A stretch of 63,755 nt of DNA, counting the filler, from Octopus bimaculoides (Eukaryota), in the NCBI RefSeq assembly GCF_001194135.2. It is 8 parts of 7 records of this genome, joined end to end, with 100 filler letters (N's around TTAATTAATTAA, not from the genome) between each part and the next. Parts side by side here need not be neighbours in the genome. Positions count along the whole stretch, not along the records: positions 36,042 to 61,665 come from NC_068985.1; 7 more parts are not named here. One strand, given 5' to 3'. The translations under genes were made by a program, and so were the position numbers. Below the pieces are notes generated by a model. That model had not been told where the DNA came from. It searched no databases and saw nothing but the letters and a program-made list of their open reading frames with translations. Shown piece by piece: positions 37,551-50,539 of the stretch; the first letter of the stretch is position 1, and every line of letters begins with the position of its first letter.

Positions 37551-39352
37551 CTATATGATTTTTATCTATTTTGTCATTTACTTATTTTACGTAATCCAAA
37601 GCTAAATGAGGCAGCTACTTTATTTCATGTATTGGGACTGAAAGTTGAATTATAATCATGAAGTTTCCACTGATATGAAAATACAATGTAATACAGAGTA
37701 TTAAGATTTGTTAAAGCTTTATCAATGCATACATCATGACCTTAAAAATATCTAAAGGACCTTTAACACATGTGATTCATTAATATTCTCATATTTGACA
37801 AACTTCTTGGAGCTGATATTTGATTATCTTGAATGAACATTTGCAAATATGTATGAGTTTGGTGTATTATCTGTAGGTCTAGTTGAAAATTTCAGCACCT
37901 ACTCTCAGGGTTGGTTTGGTAGCTGAAATACCGGTATTGTTGCTAACCACACCTCACAACTAACTGGCTTTATTATTGTAAATTATAAATGAAACAACAA
38001 CTGCACTTTTGCCTTTGTTTCATAGAATTGTCTGCAGCCACCACAACTCAAGCACCTCTGGACATTTCAGATAATAAACCCATAATGGGGAAACTAACTT
38101 TTCCAGTGTACCAGCATGAGCCTTAGAAAAGTCTGACACTATAAGAGGCTGAACTTTTGAGACATGCAAAACTACTTTAACTGTATTGATTCTTCAACTG
38201 TTTCTTAAGAGAAAGACTCTTAGAAGACATGGATTTGGGCTACATGGACTATATGCGAAACCATTGATTTTATGTCCAAACTAAAAAACATTACTAAAAT
38301 ACAGGTAACACAGCTTTAATGGCAAATGCAGATCTACTAAGAAGTGTTGGTTCTTTGTTAAGTAAAAGAGAGTCCTTTATGAGAAATCAAAAGAAAGTTA
38401 ATTCAAGCAGGGTACACCTACAACTGTACAGAGTGTATAAAAAAAAACATGTTAACATGAAAAACAAGTGATGACACAAAAGTTCTTTTGTTGGCTTGTG
38501 CAATTAGGACACCTATACAACTGAAACTATTACATCTTGAGAGATATTTGATCAACCTATGGACTTCATTTCGTATGTGCTATTATTGCAAAGTATTTCT
38601 GTGCATCTATTGTGAGTGAGGGTTTAATTTGTCAACAATATGCCAGAGATGCAATTACTTCTTTTGTGTAAACAGTATTTGTATTGAATAGATGCCATTA
38701 ATCTTATCTAGTCATTTTCTACATACTGAAAAAATTTATTTTCAACATAAAAGCAGAAATAAAGAACACAGTGGAAAACTTTCTAAATTTTGATTTCAAT
38801 CGCAAATAGTAACTAATCTTCTTTCTGCAAATAACTCATTTGACCTCTGTTATCCTATTTCAACTTGAGATCATGTAACATTGATATACATTTAAATACA
38901 TTTACAACACAGTCTTGGTTTGACTGCTTTTATGCTACTGTATTTACATTGCTCAATTCATTTTAAATGTAACTTTATTCCATGTTCACTTCCTTCTTTA
39001 ATTTTCCTTTGAAATGGGCAAGTATGGCTGTATGGTTAAAATGTTTGCTTAGCAACTACTTGGTTCCAGGTTTAATCCCACTGCACAGACAATTTGGGCA
39101 AGTTTCTCTTATCAATGCTTTGTAAGTTAAATTTGTAGATAGAAACTGTGTGAAGAACTTATTATGTGTGCCTATTTGTATATTTCTTAATCTATATTGA
39201 TGGAAAATGATGATAGTAGTGAGAAAACAGGAAAGCCAGTACTATAAAAAGAAATATATATATATATACATATAACAGGATTAGAAATAGAAAGTCGTTG
39301 GTACAACAGTATATATTTGAAGAAATTAATAGGAATGCAAATCAAATTTGAT

Positions 39353-39415
39353 TGGAAAATCCGGGCATTGATCTCATATGCTAAGCCAGCACTCTACCAT
39401 CTGAGCTAATTTCTC
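39353..39415 (-). pseudogene. tRNA-Ala(AGC)-derived sequence (pseudogene or SINE head) with an internal deletion of about 10 nt
   Basis: GAGAAATTAGCTCAGATGGTAGAGTGCTGGCTTAGCATATGAGATCAATGCCCGGATTTTCCA aligns to metazoan tRNA-Ala(AGC) but lacks the variable loop and the 5' T-stem. Confidence 0.7.
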
Positions 39416-39633
39416 TGCTTTTCCAGACATCTAATTATTGAAGTGGCTTGTCTAAACATCTAATCATTAAAGTGGAAAAATTATAAGAAAAGCCACTCCT
39501 ATTCAGTTCTTCAAACACATGCATACATATATATATACATACATACATACATACACACATACATACACACATGTATGTATGCAGGCATGTATATATATAT
39601 GTATGCTTGCATGCATGTATGTATGCATTCATG

Positions 39634-39667
<34 letters not shown>

Positions 39668-40280
39668 TTCAATTCCTATTCAGCTCTTCAAGCACATACA
39701 TACATGTATATATGTATGCATGCATGTATGCATTCATGTATTTATGTATGTACATATGTATGTATGTATGCATGTATATATATATACACACACACATATA
39801 ACCTTCTTTCAATTTCTGTCCGCAAAATCTACTCACAAGGCTTTGACCAACCAGGGCTAAAATAGAAGACACTTGTCCAAGGTGCTATACAGTTGGCTTG
39901 AACCCAGAACCACATACTTGGAAAGAAAACTCCATAATTACTCAAGTCATGCCTGTAATTTACTTAAAATATATATATATTCATTTCAATAAAAATAACC
40001 AATATATTTTTGTCTTGAAGCTATGCAAAGCATTAACATGTGTCTTGCAATAGAATTATATATTTTATAGTTATAGATTAAACATTAAAAAAAAAAAAAA
40101 TTAGAATCACATTCCTTGTTTCCAAAATATTTTTTGACATACCACAGATATTTCTGGTTATTGCTTAGGGATTTTCAGATATTTTTACCAGTATGAAGAG
40201 AAGTATGTGTTGTAAAGATATTCAGATTCACTGTTCACTTCCTATCCACAGTTTAAGTTCCATTTTGCTGCAGACTTTAA

Positions 40281-40475
40281 CCCTTTAGCATTCAGATTAT
40301 TCTGTCAAATGTAATGATTTTTCATTCACATTGTTTTAAATTAATCAGGCATTATTTTGCAACTTCGAAATTTTGATGATAGGACTGTATATTTTATCAT
40401 GGCATTGAAGGGTAAGTGTCATAGGCTAGATCTGGCTGGTTAGAACATAAAATGGCTGGTTTAAATGTTAAATAG
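40281..40475. mobile_element. piggyBac-like MITE flanked by TTAA
   Basis: TTAA at 40277-40280 and 40476-40479; begins CCCTTTAGCATT; imperfect inverted right end. Confidence 0.6.
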
Positions 40476-40644
40476 TTAATTCAACAGGTGTTCAGGATAT
40501 ATATTAACCATATCAAATATCAAGAAGGCTATAAAGTTCACAAGCTCTGCCCTTCTTCCGTAACTTATAAAAACAAAAATAAAGTAATATAAGTAGTAAC
40601 AGCAGAGCTACTGCTAAATTATATTTATTAGTTGTAGTAGTTGT

Positions 40645-41090
40645 AAGGCAACGAACTGGCAGAGTCATTAGCACACTGGGCATTTTGTCCACCTTTACGT
40701 TCTGAGATCAAATTCCACCGAGGTTAACTTTGCCTTTCATCCTTTTGGGGTTGATAAATTAAGTACCAGTGAAACACTGGGGTCAATGAAATTGACTAAT
40801 CCTTGCCCCCCAAATTTCAGGCCTTGTGCCTTTAGTAGAAATGATTATTATTATCATTAAGCTAGCAATTTCAGACCTTGTGCCTTTAGTAGAAAAGAAT
40901 TATTAGCATGCCAGACAAGATGCTTTGTGGTATTTCTTCTGGGTTTACATTCTTTCAAAGTCCATCAAGTTTGACTTTGCCTTTCATTTTTTCGGGGTTT
41001 AAAAAATAAGTACCACTGAAGCACTGGAGTCGATGTAATCAACTAGCACCATTCTCTAAAACTTCAGGCCCTCATGCCTATAGTAGAAAG
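40645..41090 (+). mobile_element. Two adjacent SINEs of the second family
   Basis: Two ctttgcctttcat..ggggtt..aagtacca domains, each followed by the tail aatttcaggcc..gtgcct.tagtagaaa. The tail is also duplicated at about 40813 and 40866. Confidence 0.7.
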
Positions 41091-41449
41091 AATTAGCAAT
41101 AGTAGCAACAGCAAAAGGAGTAGTGGTTAAAATAGCAGTAGATTTTATGAAAAAGCTAGTAGTAGTAGTAGGAGGAGGAGGAGGAGGTGGAGGAGGATTA
41201 CATATAACAATATGTCTGTAATTATTGTCTTCCAAATGTATGTCCTTTTCCTTCATCTCTTCATTTCCTCCACCTCCTTCATTTGAATATCTTTGTTAAT
41301 TTGCTTATATTTAAGGGACTAAAGAATTTCAGTAAGTAACAAGGAGTTTTCAAACTCTACTTTAATTTAAACATCCATAAGAGTATTTAAAAAGTGAAAT
41401 GTTTATACAGACACCCACCCATATATATATGATGATGATGATATCTTAT

Positions 41450-41815
41450 ATTTTTTACTTGTTTCAGTCATTAGACTGCGACCATGATGGAAGCATCGCC
41501 TCAAAGAATTTTTTAGTCAAATGAATTTACCCCTGTACTTACTTTTTTTAATCCTGGTATGTATTGTATTGGTTTCTTTTGCACAAACCATTAAGTTACA
41601 GAGATGTAAACACACCAACACCGGTTGTCAAGTAGTGGTGGGGGGGATAAACATAGGCATAAACACACACACATATATGATGGGCTTTCAGTTTCTATCC
41701 ACCAAATCCACTCACAAGGTTTTGTTTGCCCTGAGACTGTAATAGAAGGCACTTTCCCAAGGTGCCATGCAGTGAGACTGAACCCAGAACCATGTGGTTG
41801 GGAAGCAAGCTTCTT
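41450..41815 (-). mobile_element. CORE-like SINE
   Basis: Conserved blocks as in 37145-37550. Confidence 0.75.
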
Positions 41816-42339
41816 TATTTCATTAATATTTGCCACATGGGCAGTACACAGAGAAGCAAAGTGGGCTGGACATTACAATAATGAGATGAATGAAATATAA
41901 ATGATATAAATGAGAGAGGTATTCGGTGCCCGCCGACCGAAAAACCCCTCGAAATCACAGTTCTTTACAATTCAATTTAAATCACTTAAATTCACATTAA
42001 ATTTTTACATTAAATTAAATTGAGGCACTGAGCCTCTTAACTGCCCTCCCCGATTAACTTTCTTGCCAACTGCAGGCAAGCCTGCAGCGACAAGTCAGGG
42101 CCTATAATGAGAAATTTTAATTCTCCCTTACTAAATGAAGCCATTATCTCAAACAGCCCTCTTTTACTCAATAATTCCACTACACCTGTGGAGGCCAGCC
42201 TGGATAGTCCATGCACCCAGATTCTAATTGTTCACAGTCTAATGTACCATCCAGATGACTCTCCATGGCCCCTCCCTTGAAATAGAAGACAATACAATCA
42301 TTATCGCCCTCACTGGGAGGGGCCTCAACCTCCTCCATT

Positions 42340-42745
42340 GGTAGCACAATTCCCACAGCTAGATGCCCTTCCTAACGCCAACCACTCAGAGAGTGTAGTG
42401 GGTGCTTTTACGTGCCACCGGCACGAAGGCCAGTCAGGCGGTACTGGCAACGGCCACGCTCAAAATGGTGTATTTCATGTGCCACCCACACAAGAGCCAG
42501 TCCAGGGGCACTGGCAATGATCTCACTCGAAAATCCTTACACATGTCATGGGCACAAGTGCCAGAAAGGTGACACTGGGCACAGGTGCTATCCCGATTTT
42601 GCTTTCGCTTGCCCCAATAAGTCTTCGCAAGCTGAGTTTCGTGTCCAATGAAGGAGACGACGTTAGCACGGGTGCAGTCGTCGAATTTAGTTCAATTTCA
42701 CTTGTCTCAACAAGTCTTCGCAAGTGGAGTTTAGTGTCCAATGTA
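42340..42745 (-). mobile_element. Non-LTR 3'-tail family copy
   Basis: Reverse complement of 42480-42670 is highly similar to 61475-61665 and continues into the 1-348 type sequence. Confidence 0.8.
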
Positions 42746-43026
42746 GGAAAGTAAAAACTATAGGTGTTTGGTCTTTCTAAATATTGTGATATGTCCAAAT
42801 GAATTCATACCGAGATTCGTTTGTGCTGTCAAAACATGACATCTGATGAAATGAATAGACTATAGAATCATTACATATTTCCACTGTATGAGATATGGAA
42901 TTCATTAGATATGGCTCATTCAGTGAGATCAAATACAAACTTCATGAATTCTAATTAAACCTTTGAAACATTTGGTCACTGATTGATTCCATTTGCTGAG
43001 GAGTGACTCTAACATTTCCCAATATT

Positions 43027-43436
43027 TTTTTCTACTCTAGGTACAAGACTCTAAATTTTGGAGATTGACTCCAGTATGCAACTGGTACTTAATTTATCGA
43101 CCCCGAAAGAATGAAAGGCAAAGGTCAACCTTGGCAGAATTTCAACTCAGAACGTAAAGACAGACAAAATACCGCTAAGTGCCCAGCATGCTTACGTTTC
43201 TTATTTCTTTATTGCCCACAAGGGGCTAAACATAGAGGGGACAAACAAAGACAGACAAAGGGATTAAGTCAATTACATCGATCCCAGGGCGTAACTGGTA
43301 CTTAATTTATCGATCCTGAAAGGATGAAAGGCAAAGTTGACCTCGGCGGAATTTGAACTCAGAATGTAACAGCAGACGAAATACCGCTAAGCATTTCGCC
43401 CAGCGTGCTAACGTTTCTGGCAGCTTGCCGCCTTAG
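43027..43436 (-). mobile_element. Dimeric SINE insertion (second family) flanked by a 14-bp direct repeat
   Basis: catttcccaatatt at 43013-43026 and 43437-43450. Two central domains with different tails. Confidence 0.7.
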
Positions 43437-43889
43437 CATTTCCCAATATTAAGAGACTTGTGTTACTGCATGTCACACACTATAGTTAAATGGGTTAGGA
43501 TTGTGGGGAGTTGTGGGCTGTACAGCAAGGCAAGTATTTGTCTCTCTGGATTTCAGAGTAATTTTGTATCCTGGTGAACAGGTCATTTATATAATCAATA
43601 GTTGTTGTTACTAATGTAGCCAAAAGTGGGTGAGTAGGACAGTCATCCTGTGTATTTAAAAATAAAATAAAATTTTCTTCTCTTTCTTCATTTTACATGT
43701 TTCAGTCATTTGACTGCAGCCATGCTGGAGCACCGCCTTAAAAAGCTTTAGTTGAAGAAATTGTTTCCAGGACTTATTCTTTGTAAGCCTGGTACTTATT
43801 CTATCAGTCTCTTTTGCTAAACTGCTAAGTTATGAAGACAAACACACCAGCATTGGTTGTCAAGCACAGACACACACATGTAAATACAT

Positions 43890-44583
43890 ACATACACTGA
43901 ATAGTGACTGGTGATGAGAATTGGGCTTTCTATAAAATGTGTTCTCTATGAAATGGGTTCTCTATAAAAATGTCAATACAGTGGGTAAGGAAAGGAGAAA
44001 CACCAGCACCCCAGGCTAAAGAAGGTCTTCACCCACGTAAGGTGGTGTTATCTGTTTGGGGGTATATGAAAGGTCTAGTCCACTTTGAACTTTTAAGCTT
44101 AACCAAATGATAACAAAAGACATCTAGTTCGAGCAGCTTCATCGGCTTAAGTAAGCACTAGAAGAGAAACGACCATCTTTTGATTCAAAACAAAAGGTAT
44201 TCTTCCATCAGGATAATGCTCAGCCACATACAGAGAAGATAACATTTCAAAGGCTGGAGCAGTTTGAATGGGAAATGATGCCCCATGCACCATATTCACC
44301 AGACATTGCCCCATCTGATTATCATTTATTCCACAGTCTTCAAAATCATTTGGACAGAAAAAATATGAATTCTGTAGACAAGGTCAGAACAGTATCGAAG
44401 GAGTATTTTTCGTCACAGGCAAGTGAATTTTGGAAAAGGGGCCTTGCAAGTCTACCAGATAGATGGAAGAGAATTGTAGAAAATGAAGGAGAGTATATTT
44501 TAGATTAAAAAAGAATTTTGTTTATCTTAATTTTGAAAAATAAGAGAAGTATAAAAAAACTTCATTATTTATGGGATGACTCA

Positions 44584-44586
<3 letters not shown>
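43890..44586 (+). mobile_element. mariner transposase 3' two-thirds with right TIR
   Basis: IVTGDENW..; FFHQDNAQPHT; MPHAPYSPDIAPSDYHLFHSLQNHL..LPDRWKRIVENEGEYILD* (DD34D). Frameshifts upstream. Confidence 0.9.
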
Positions 44587-44618
<32 letters not shown>

Positions 44619-44779
44619 CTTACATTATACGTACACACTCACACATTCACACAGACAGAAGAGAAAGTTCTGCACTAAGATTTAAAGCTGGCAAAGTTAA
44701 GCTAGCCACTCCTATATGGTGGTAATGTTTCAGGAACTAAGAAATTAAAGCAAATGCTTTTCAGAAAAAACTATGCACT

Positions 44780-45045
44780 GAAAAGATTAAAGCAAGCTTC
44801 AACTGCCTGTCTGTTGGGAACTGAATGAGGTGGCAAGGATCACAAACAAATTGTTCTCAGACTGGTACGTAAACAAATCTGCACTGCTACATACATCTTC
44901 TACACTGAGAATGATTTACCATGCAAAGTTATTTTTCTGCTAGTGTTTCTGGCAATACTCCAAACCCCAATGAAGGTCAAATGAAGCTTAAAGTAAACAT
45001 AACTTACATGCCTTCGGGAACGACATCTGTTTTGCAGTTGTTACT
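44780..45045 (+). mobile_element. Tigger/pogo-type DDE transposase relic
   Basis: LPVCWELNEVARITNKLFSDWY; LPCKVIFLL; KVNITYMPSGTTSVLQ resemble pogo/Tigger LPVxWxxNxKAWMT..FxDWF and FLPPNTTSLxQP. Confidence 0.65.
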
Positions 45046-45358
45046 ACCAGGTGGTGGGTAGTAACAACTGTCATAGTGTTCTATCTGCCAGAATATTTTA
45101 ACCTTTGCATTATCATATTTCTGTTGAAATACAATGCTTTTATCTTTTATCTTTTAACTGTTTCAGTCATTTGACTGTGGCCATGCTGGAGCACTGCCTT
45201 GAAGGATTTTAGTCAAACAAATCGATCCCAAGACTTACTTTTTCAAGCCTGGTACTTATTCTATCAGTCTCTCCAATGAACCGGTAGGTCACGGGGATGC
45301 CAACAGTTATCAAGCAGTGGTGGAGCACAAACCCAAACACAGACACACACACACAGGT

Positions 45359-45394
<36 letters not shown>

Positions 45395-45494
45395 CACTCA
45401 TTACAACCTTCTTTTCAGATGCCAATAGCCACAGTTCCCCCTTCTCATGTTACCCCCCCACACACACACACACTCTCTTTACTCTCTCTCTCTT

Positions 45495-45944
45495 TTACTC
45501 TTTTACTTGTTTCAGTCATTTGACTGCAGCCATGCTGGAGCACCGCCTTTAGTTGAGCAAATCGACCCCAGGACTTATTCTTTGGAAGCCTAGTACTTAT
45601 TCTTTTTGCCGAGCCGCTAAGTTACAGGGACGTAAACACACCAGCATCGGTTGTCAAGCGATGTTGGGGGGACAAACACAGACACACAAACATACACACA
45701 CACACACACANNNNNNNNNNNNNNNNNNNNNNNNNNNNNNNNNNNNNNNNNNNNNNNNNNNNNNNNNNNNNNNNNNNNNNNNNNNNNNNNNNNNNNNNNN
45801 NNNNNNNNNNNNNNNNNNNNNNNNNNNNNNNNNNNNNNNNNNNNNNNNNNNNNNNNNNNNNNNNNNNNNNNNNNNNNNNNNNNNNNNNNNNNNNNNNNNN
45901 NNNNNNNNNNNNNNNNNNNNNNNNNNNNNNNNNNNNNNNNNNNN

Positions 45945-45977
<33 letters not shown>

Positions 45978-46150
45978 TATACATATACACAACGGGCTTC
46001 TTTCAGTTTCCGTCTACTAAATCCACTCACAAGGCTTTGGTCGGCCTGAGGCTATAGTAGAAGACACTTACCCAAGGTGTCACGCAGTGGGACTGAACCC
46101 AGAACCATGTGGTTTGTAAGCAAGCTACTTACCACACAGCCACTCCTGCA
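45495..46150 (-). mobile_element. CORE-like SINE spanning an internal microsatellite and gap (another 3' fragment at 45150-45350)
   Basis: Head at 45990-46150 and 3' half at 45495-45690, both close to consensus. Confidence 0.85.
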
Positions 46151-46169
46151 CCTATACACATACACATTC

Positions 46170-46790
46170 CCTCAGAGTTGGCACTGTCAATGTAGGTACA
46201 TTGAAAGGTAGGTGACTGACTACACTCTCATCAGAAAAAAAAATTTTCATAGTTGCCCCCAGCATAGTTTACTCATTAGTGACTTCAAAGTAAAGGCACG
46301 AAGGAACACAAGAAGCAAGCCAGTTTAGAAAAGAAAGATCTGGAAGCTTAAAGATCCTTTAAATAGCCAGAGGTTTAGGGACTTCCTAACTAAAGCATTT
46401 GATGAGAAGTAAGTGGGGGGGGGGAGTTATAGACTTGCAATATAGAGGATAGCTAAAAGTTCCTACGAGACAACTTACTGAGAGCCACAGACCAAATTTG
46501 TGGGTGGTGCAAAGTCCCAACCAGATCTACGGTGACATGGTGGTGGAACAATGCAGTTGACAGGGCAATTAGAGCAAAGAAACAAGCTGGGAAGGAAGTA
46601 TATCAGGTAGCTAGAAGGGAAGTTAGGAAGCAGGTATACTTAACCAGGAGTGAAGCAGAAAGGAAGAAGTTTGCCAATGTTCTGCAGCATGAGGACCAGC
46701 AGCTTGAAGAGTTTCAGTTTACAAGACAGCATGCCAGGGAAAATTGTGATGTTCTGGGAGAGAAGTGTGTTCGCATGGATGATGGTTCAA
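46170..46790 (+). mobile_element. RTE-like LINE fragments (APE endonuclease start and linker), internally deleted
   Basis: LRVGTVNVGTLKGR (APE N-terminus), and TWWWNNAVDRAIRAKK..YQVARREVRKQVY..RENCDVLGEKCVRMDDG (EN-RT linker). Confidence 0.65.
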
Positions 46791-47094
46791 ATGTAAACAA
46801 TGTTTAAAATTTCTAGAAATTTCTGAAGGAGTTTAATCATTCTCTTATTTTGCACATGAAACATTTGGACGAAACTAGTGTTAAGTATTATTAACTTTTA
46901 TAAAGACCATTGTACAAACTTAGATTTTTCAGAGAATTTAGCTAATGGTTAACCATATTTACAAAACCAATTACGAATTTGTGCATTCACTAGCTTTTCT
47001 GACATTTAAAAAAATACTAACCATTCTCTTTTTTTGCTTGCTACTGTAAAGATATATATATATATATATATATATGCATTGTATGTATGTGGGT

Positions 47095-47161
<67 letters not shown>

Positions 47162-47205
47162 CACATAAATAGCAGCCAAATATTGAGTCATTGTTGTAGC
47201 AGATA

Positions 47206-48479
47206 TCAGGTTGTGTAAAAAGTAAGCAATGTTTTGAACCATGAAGAATTTGTACCAGATATTTGAATTTTATTTTAAAGATTTTTTTGCAATTTTCTGA
47301 TAATACAGAAATAGACTTGCCCAAATGCATCAATAAATTAACATTGATATTTTTGTCACCGTTGTTACAGTTATCTGAAATGGAACTGTCAAAGCGCAAT
47401 ATTCAATCAATTTTGCTATTCAACTTCAAAAAAGGACGTAAAGCAGCTGAAACAGCTCATGATATCAACGAAACATTTGGTGAGGAAATGACCAGTGAGT
47501 GGACAGCTTGAAAAGTGTTTAAACGATTTTGCAGTGGACACCTGAGCCTTGAAGATCATGAGCATAGTGGACACTCATCTGTCATTGATGATGGTCAATT
47601 AAAGACCATCATTGAGAAAGATCCATGTAAAACCACTTGAGAACTGGCAAAAGAACTTCAAGTTAGCCAGAAAACTGCCTGCAACCATTTGCATGTGATC
47701 AGAAAATCAAAAAAGCTGGACAAATGAGTACCACATGATTTGAATGAAAATCAGAAAATGCGCAAAAACGAAATTTGCTTGTCGCTTCTTCTCTGTAACC
47801 AGACTGATCCATTTCTCAACTTTATTGTAACCTGAGATGTAAAGTGGATTCTGTACAAAATAAAAACCATTCATTGCAGTGGTTGGACCAAAATGAAGCA
47901 CTGAAAACCTTCCCTAAACCCAAGCTCTTCACAAAGAAGGTTATGGTGAATGTTTAGTGGTGTACTGCTCGACTCATCCACTATAACTTCTTAAAACCAA
48001 GAAAAACCATTACTGCAGAAACATATTGCCATGAAATTGCCAAAATGAATAAAAAACTGCTACTCTTCCATTCCAGACTGGTCAAATGAAGAGGGCCAAT
48101 CATTCTTCATGACAATGCTCAACCACACGTTTCCCTAATGACACTCCAGAAGTTGAGGGAACCTGGCTATGAAGTTCTTCCCTGCCCAGCTTATTCCCCA
48201 GACCTTTCTCCTACCGGCTACTACTTTTTCAAGCACCTTGATGGTTTCCTATGAGAGAAGGAGTTCAAAAATCAAACCGATGCTGAAAGTGCATTCAAAG
48301 AGTTCATCAGCTCCAGAACTCCAGATTTTTGTTACCAGAATAAACAAACTTGTAACTCGTTGGCAAAAATGTGTTGATTGTAATGGTACTTACTTTGATG
48401 AATAAAATTTCTGCATTGTTGAAATATATTGTGATGAATTTCATGTTTCAAAACGTTGCTTACTTTTTACTCAGCCTGA
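47206..48479 (+). mobile_element. Full-length degenerate mariner element
   Basis: 24-bp TIRs (tcaggttgtgtaaaaagtaagcaa / tcaggctgagtaaaaagtaagcaa, 2 mismatches), TA at 47204-47205 and 48480-48481. Transposase from MELSKRNIQSILLFNFKKGRKAAETAHDIN to ..WQKCVDCNGTYFDE* with stops and frameshifts. Confidence 0.92.
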
Positions 48480-48783
48480 TAGATTGCTTCATGGTAATCA
48501 TTCTAGATCTCTGAGCTCTGAGTTCAAATCCTATAAATATTTCAAATTTGCTTTTCATCTTTCTTTTGTTGTTGTTGTTAACAAATAAAGCACCAGTCCT
48601 GTACTAGAGTAAAATCTTTTTTTCTCACAATTTCTTTCTACCTGTCTCTTTGTTTCTGGAAGAATATGGGAGTGGTCAGACATGGAAAGTGATGAACCCA
48701 GTCAGGTCTAAAAGTGACCAAGACAACCAATCTGTCACAGTGAAGCCCCTAATTCCATCAAAGAACTCAAGGCCAAAGGTAAG

Positions 48784-48827
<44 letters not shown>

Positions 48828-49456
48828 TTTCAAATTTTGGCACAAGTCCAGAAACTTTTGAGGGGAGAGAGATGTTGATTATATCGAGCCCAGTACTTCT
48901 CTGATACTTATTTTATCAACTCCAAAAGGATTAAAGGCAAATTTGACTGCAGCAGAATTTGACTCCAGATAAAAAGCTACCATATATTTTGTCTGTCATA
49001 GTAACAGTTCTATCTGTTCAACACCTTTGTATATATATTATATCATATAATAGTATCTTTTATCTTTCATCTGTTTCAATCATTAGACTGCAGCCATGAT
49101 TTTCAAAAAGTTCAAATAGAAAGACATGGTTTATGTCGCAACTGTCTAGTGTTTGAAACTTGCCCTCTTTTTATAGGGAGTCCATGGCTCAAATTAGTAT
49201 GTGTTTTGTATAGGATTTGATTTGTTGAGGATAGTCACATGGCTATAATAAAAGCCATAAGTCTTATTAAATACAGCTACCCAAGGTTTCCTGGTTGAAA
49301 TAGCAATTTATTTTGCCATTTTTCAAGCTGAGAAGAAGACTGTTTGTCAGTTGCATTTTAAGGTCATCTGCTTAAAACTTGTGGCTTTTATTATAACATT
49401 ATCTTTACTTTCTTATCTAATTAAGTGCTAGTCTGCTTGTTGAAGCTTTACTACAT

Positions 49457-49499
<43 letters not shown>

Positions 49500-49557
49500 T
49501 AACTAACCTAAAGTTTGCTTATGCCCAAGTACTGCTTGGTGCTGATATTACTGTAAG

Positions 49558-49599
<42 letters not shown>

Positions 49600-50070
49600 A
49601 CATATATACACACACAGTCACACATGTATGTCCTCTGCCATTAGAGTCTGACAAGTTATCTAAGGCCATTCAATCAAAGCAACCCGATCTGTCAAGTGCG
49701 AAAAAATGTATTCTTCATTGAGTTCTCCTCACTTGTAAGTTTCTTGCAAAAAACATGGTATCACTTCTGCACCTATCCTATTTGTTAGATTTAGCACATG
49801 TGGACTTCCATCTCTTCCCCAAGATGAAAATGCAGTTCAAAGATTGCTGTTTTAACACTGTTGTCAAGATCCAGATGAATCACAGAAGATCCTCAACTTA
49901 CTTATGGAAAATGACTTCCAGCTGAGATTCCAAAAGTGAAAGGAATGCTGGGACCAGTGTATTGCTGTGCAAGGGAACTATTTCGAAGGAGATATTGTTA
50001 AAACTTAGGTAAATAAGTTATTAAGTTATTCTTTATTAAACATAATTAGTCCAGAAACCTTTTGATATCA
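49600..50070 (+). mobile_element. mariner 3' relic
   Basis: HLSYLLDLAHVDFHLFPKMKMQFK..WDQCIAVQGNYFEGD, ending in TIR-like tagtccagaaaccttttgatatcac. Confidence 0.75.
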
Positions 50071-50539
50071 CTTTGTGTGTGTGTATCTATCTNNNNNNNN
50101 NNNNNNNNNNNNNNNNNNNNNNNNNNNNNNNNNNNNNNNNNNNNNNNNNNNNNNNNNNNNNNNNNNNNNNNNNNNNNNNNNNNNNNNNNNNNNNNNNNNN
50201 NNNNNNNNNNNNNNNNNNNNNNNNNNNNNNNNNNNNNNNNNNNNNNNNNNNNNNNNNNNNNNNNNNNNNNNNNNNNNNNNNNNNNNNNNNNNNNNNNNNN
50301 NNNNNNNNNNNNNNNNNNNNNNNNNNNNNNNNNNNNNNNNNNNNNNNNNNNNNNNNNNNNNNNNNNNNNNNNNNNNNNATATATATACATATATATATAT
50401 ATATTGATATCACCTGTTTGTGTGTGTCCACTCTGCTGGGTGGCTGGTGTTAAGAAGGGCAGTATTTTGGTTCATGTATCATTCGGAGATACATGAGGCC
50501 ATCAGCATTTGACACCTTAAGCTTTGCAGTCTTTGTAAG

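Noticed and set aside
38150-38300. Possible Tc1 remnant (RKTLRRHGFGLHGLYAKPLI)
   Set aside because: A single weak motif with no catalytic-domain support.
42835-42978. CUGAUGA (42843) ... GAAACAUUUGGUCA as another long-stem-II hammerhead
   Set aside because: About 115 nt separate the core halves, stem II does not pair convincingly and stem III is not palindromic. Too weak to call.
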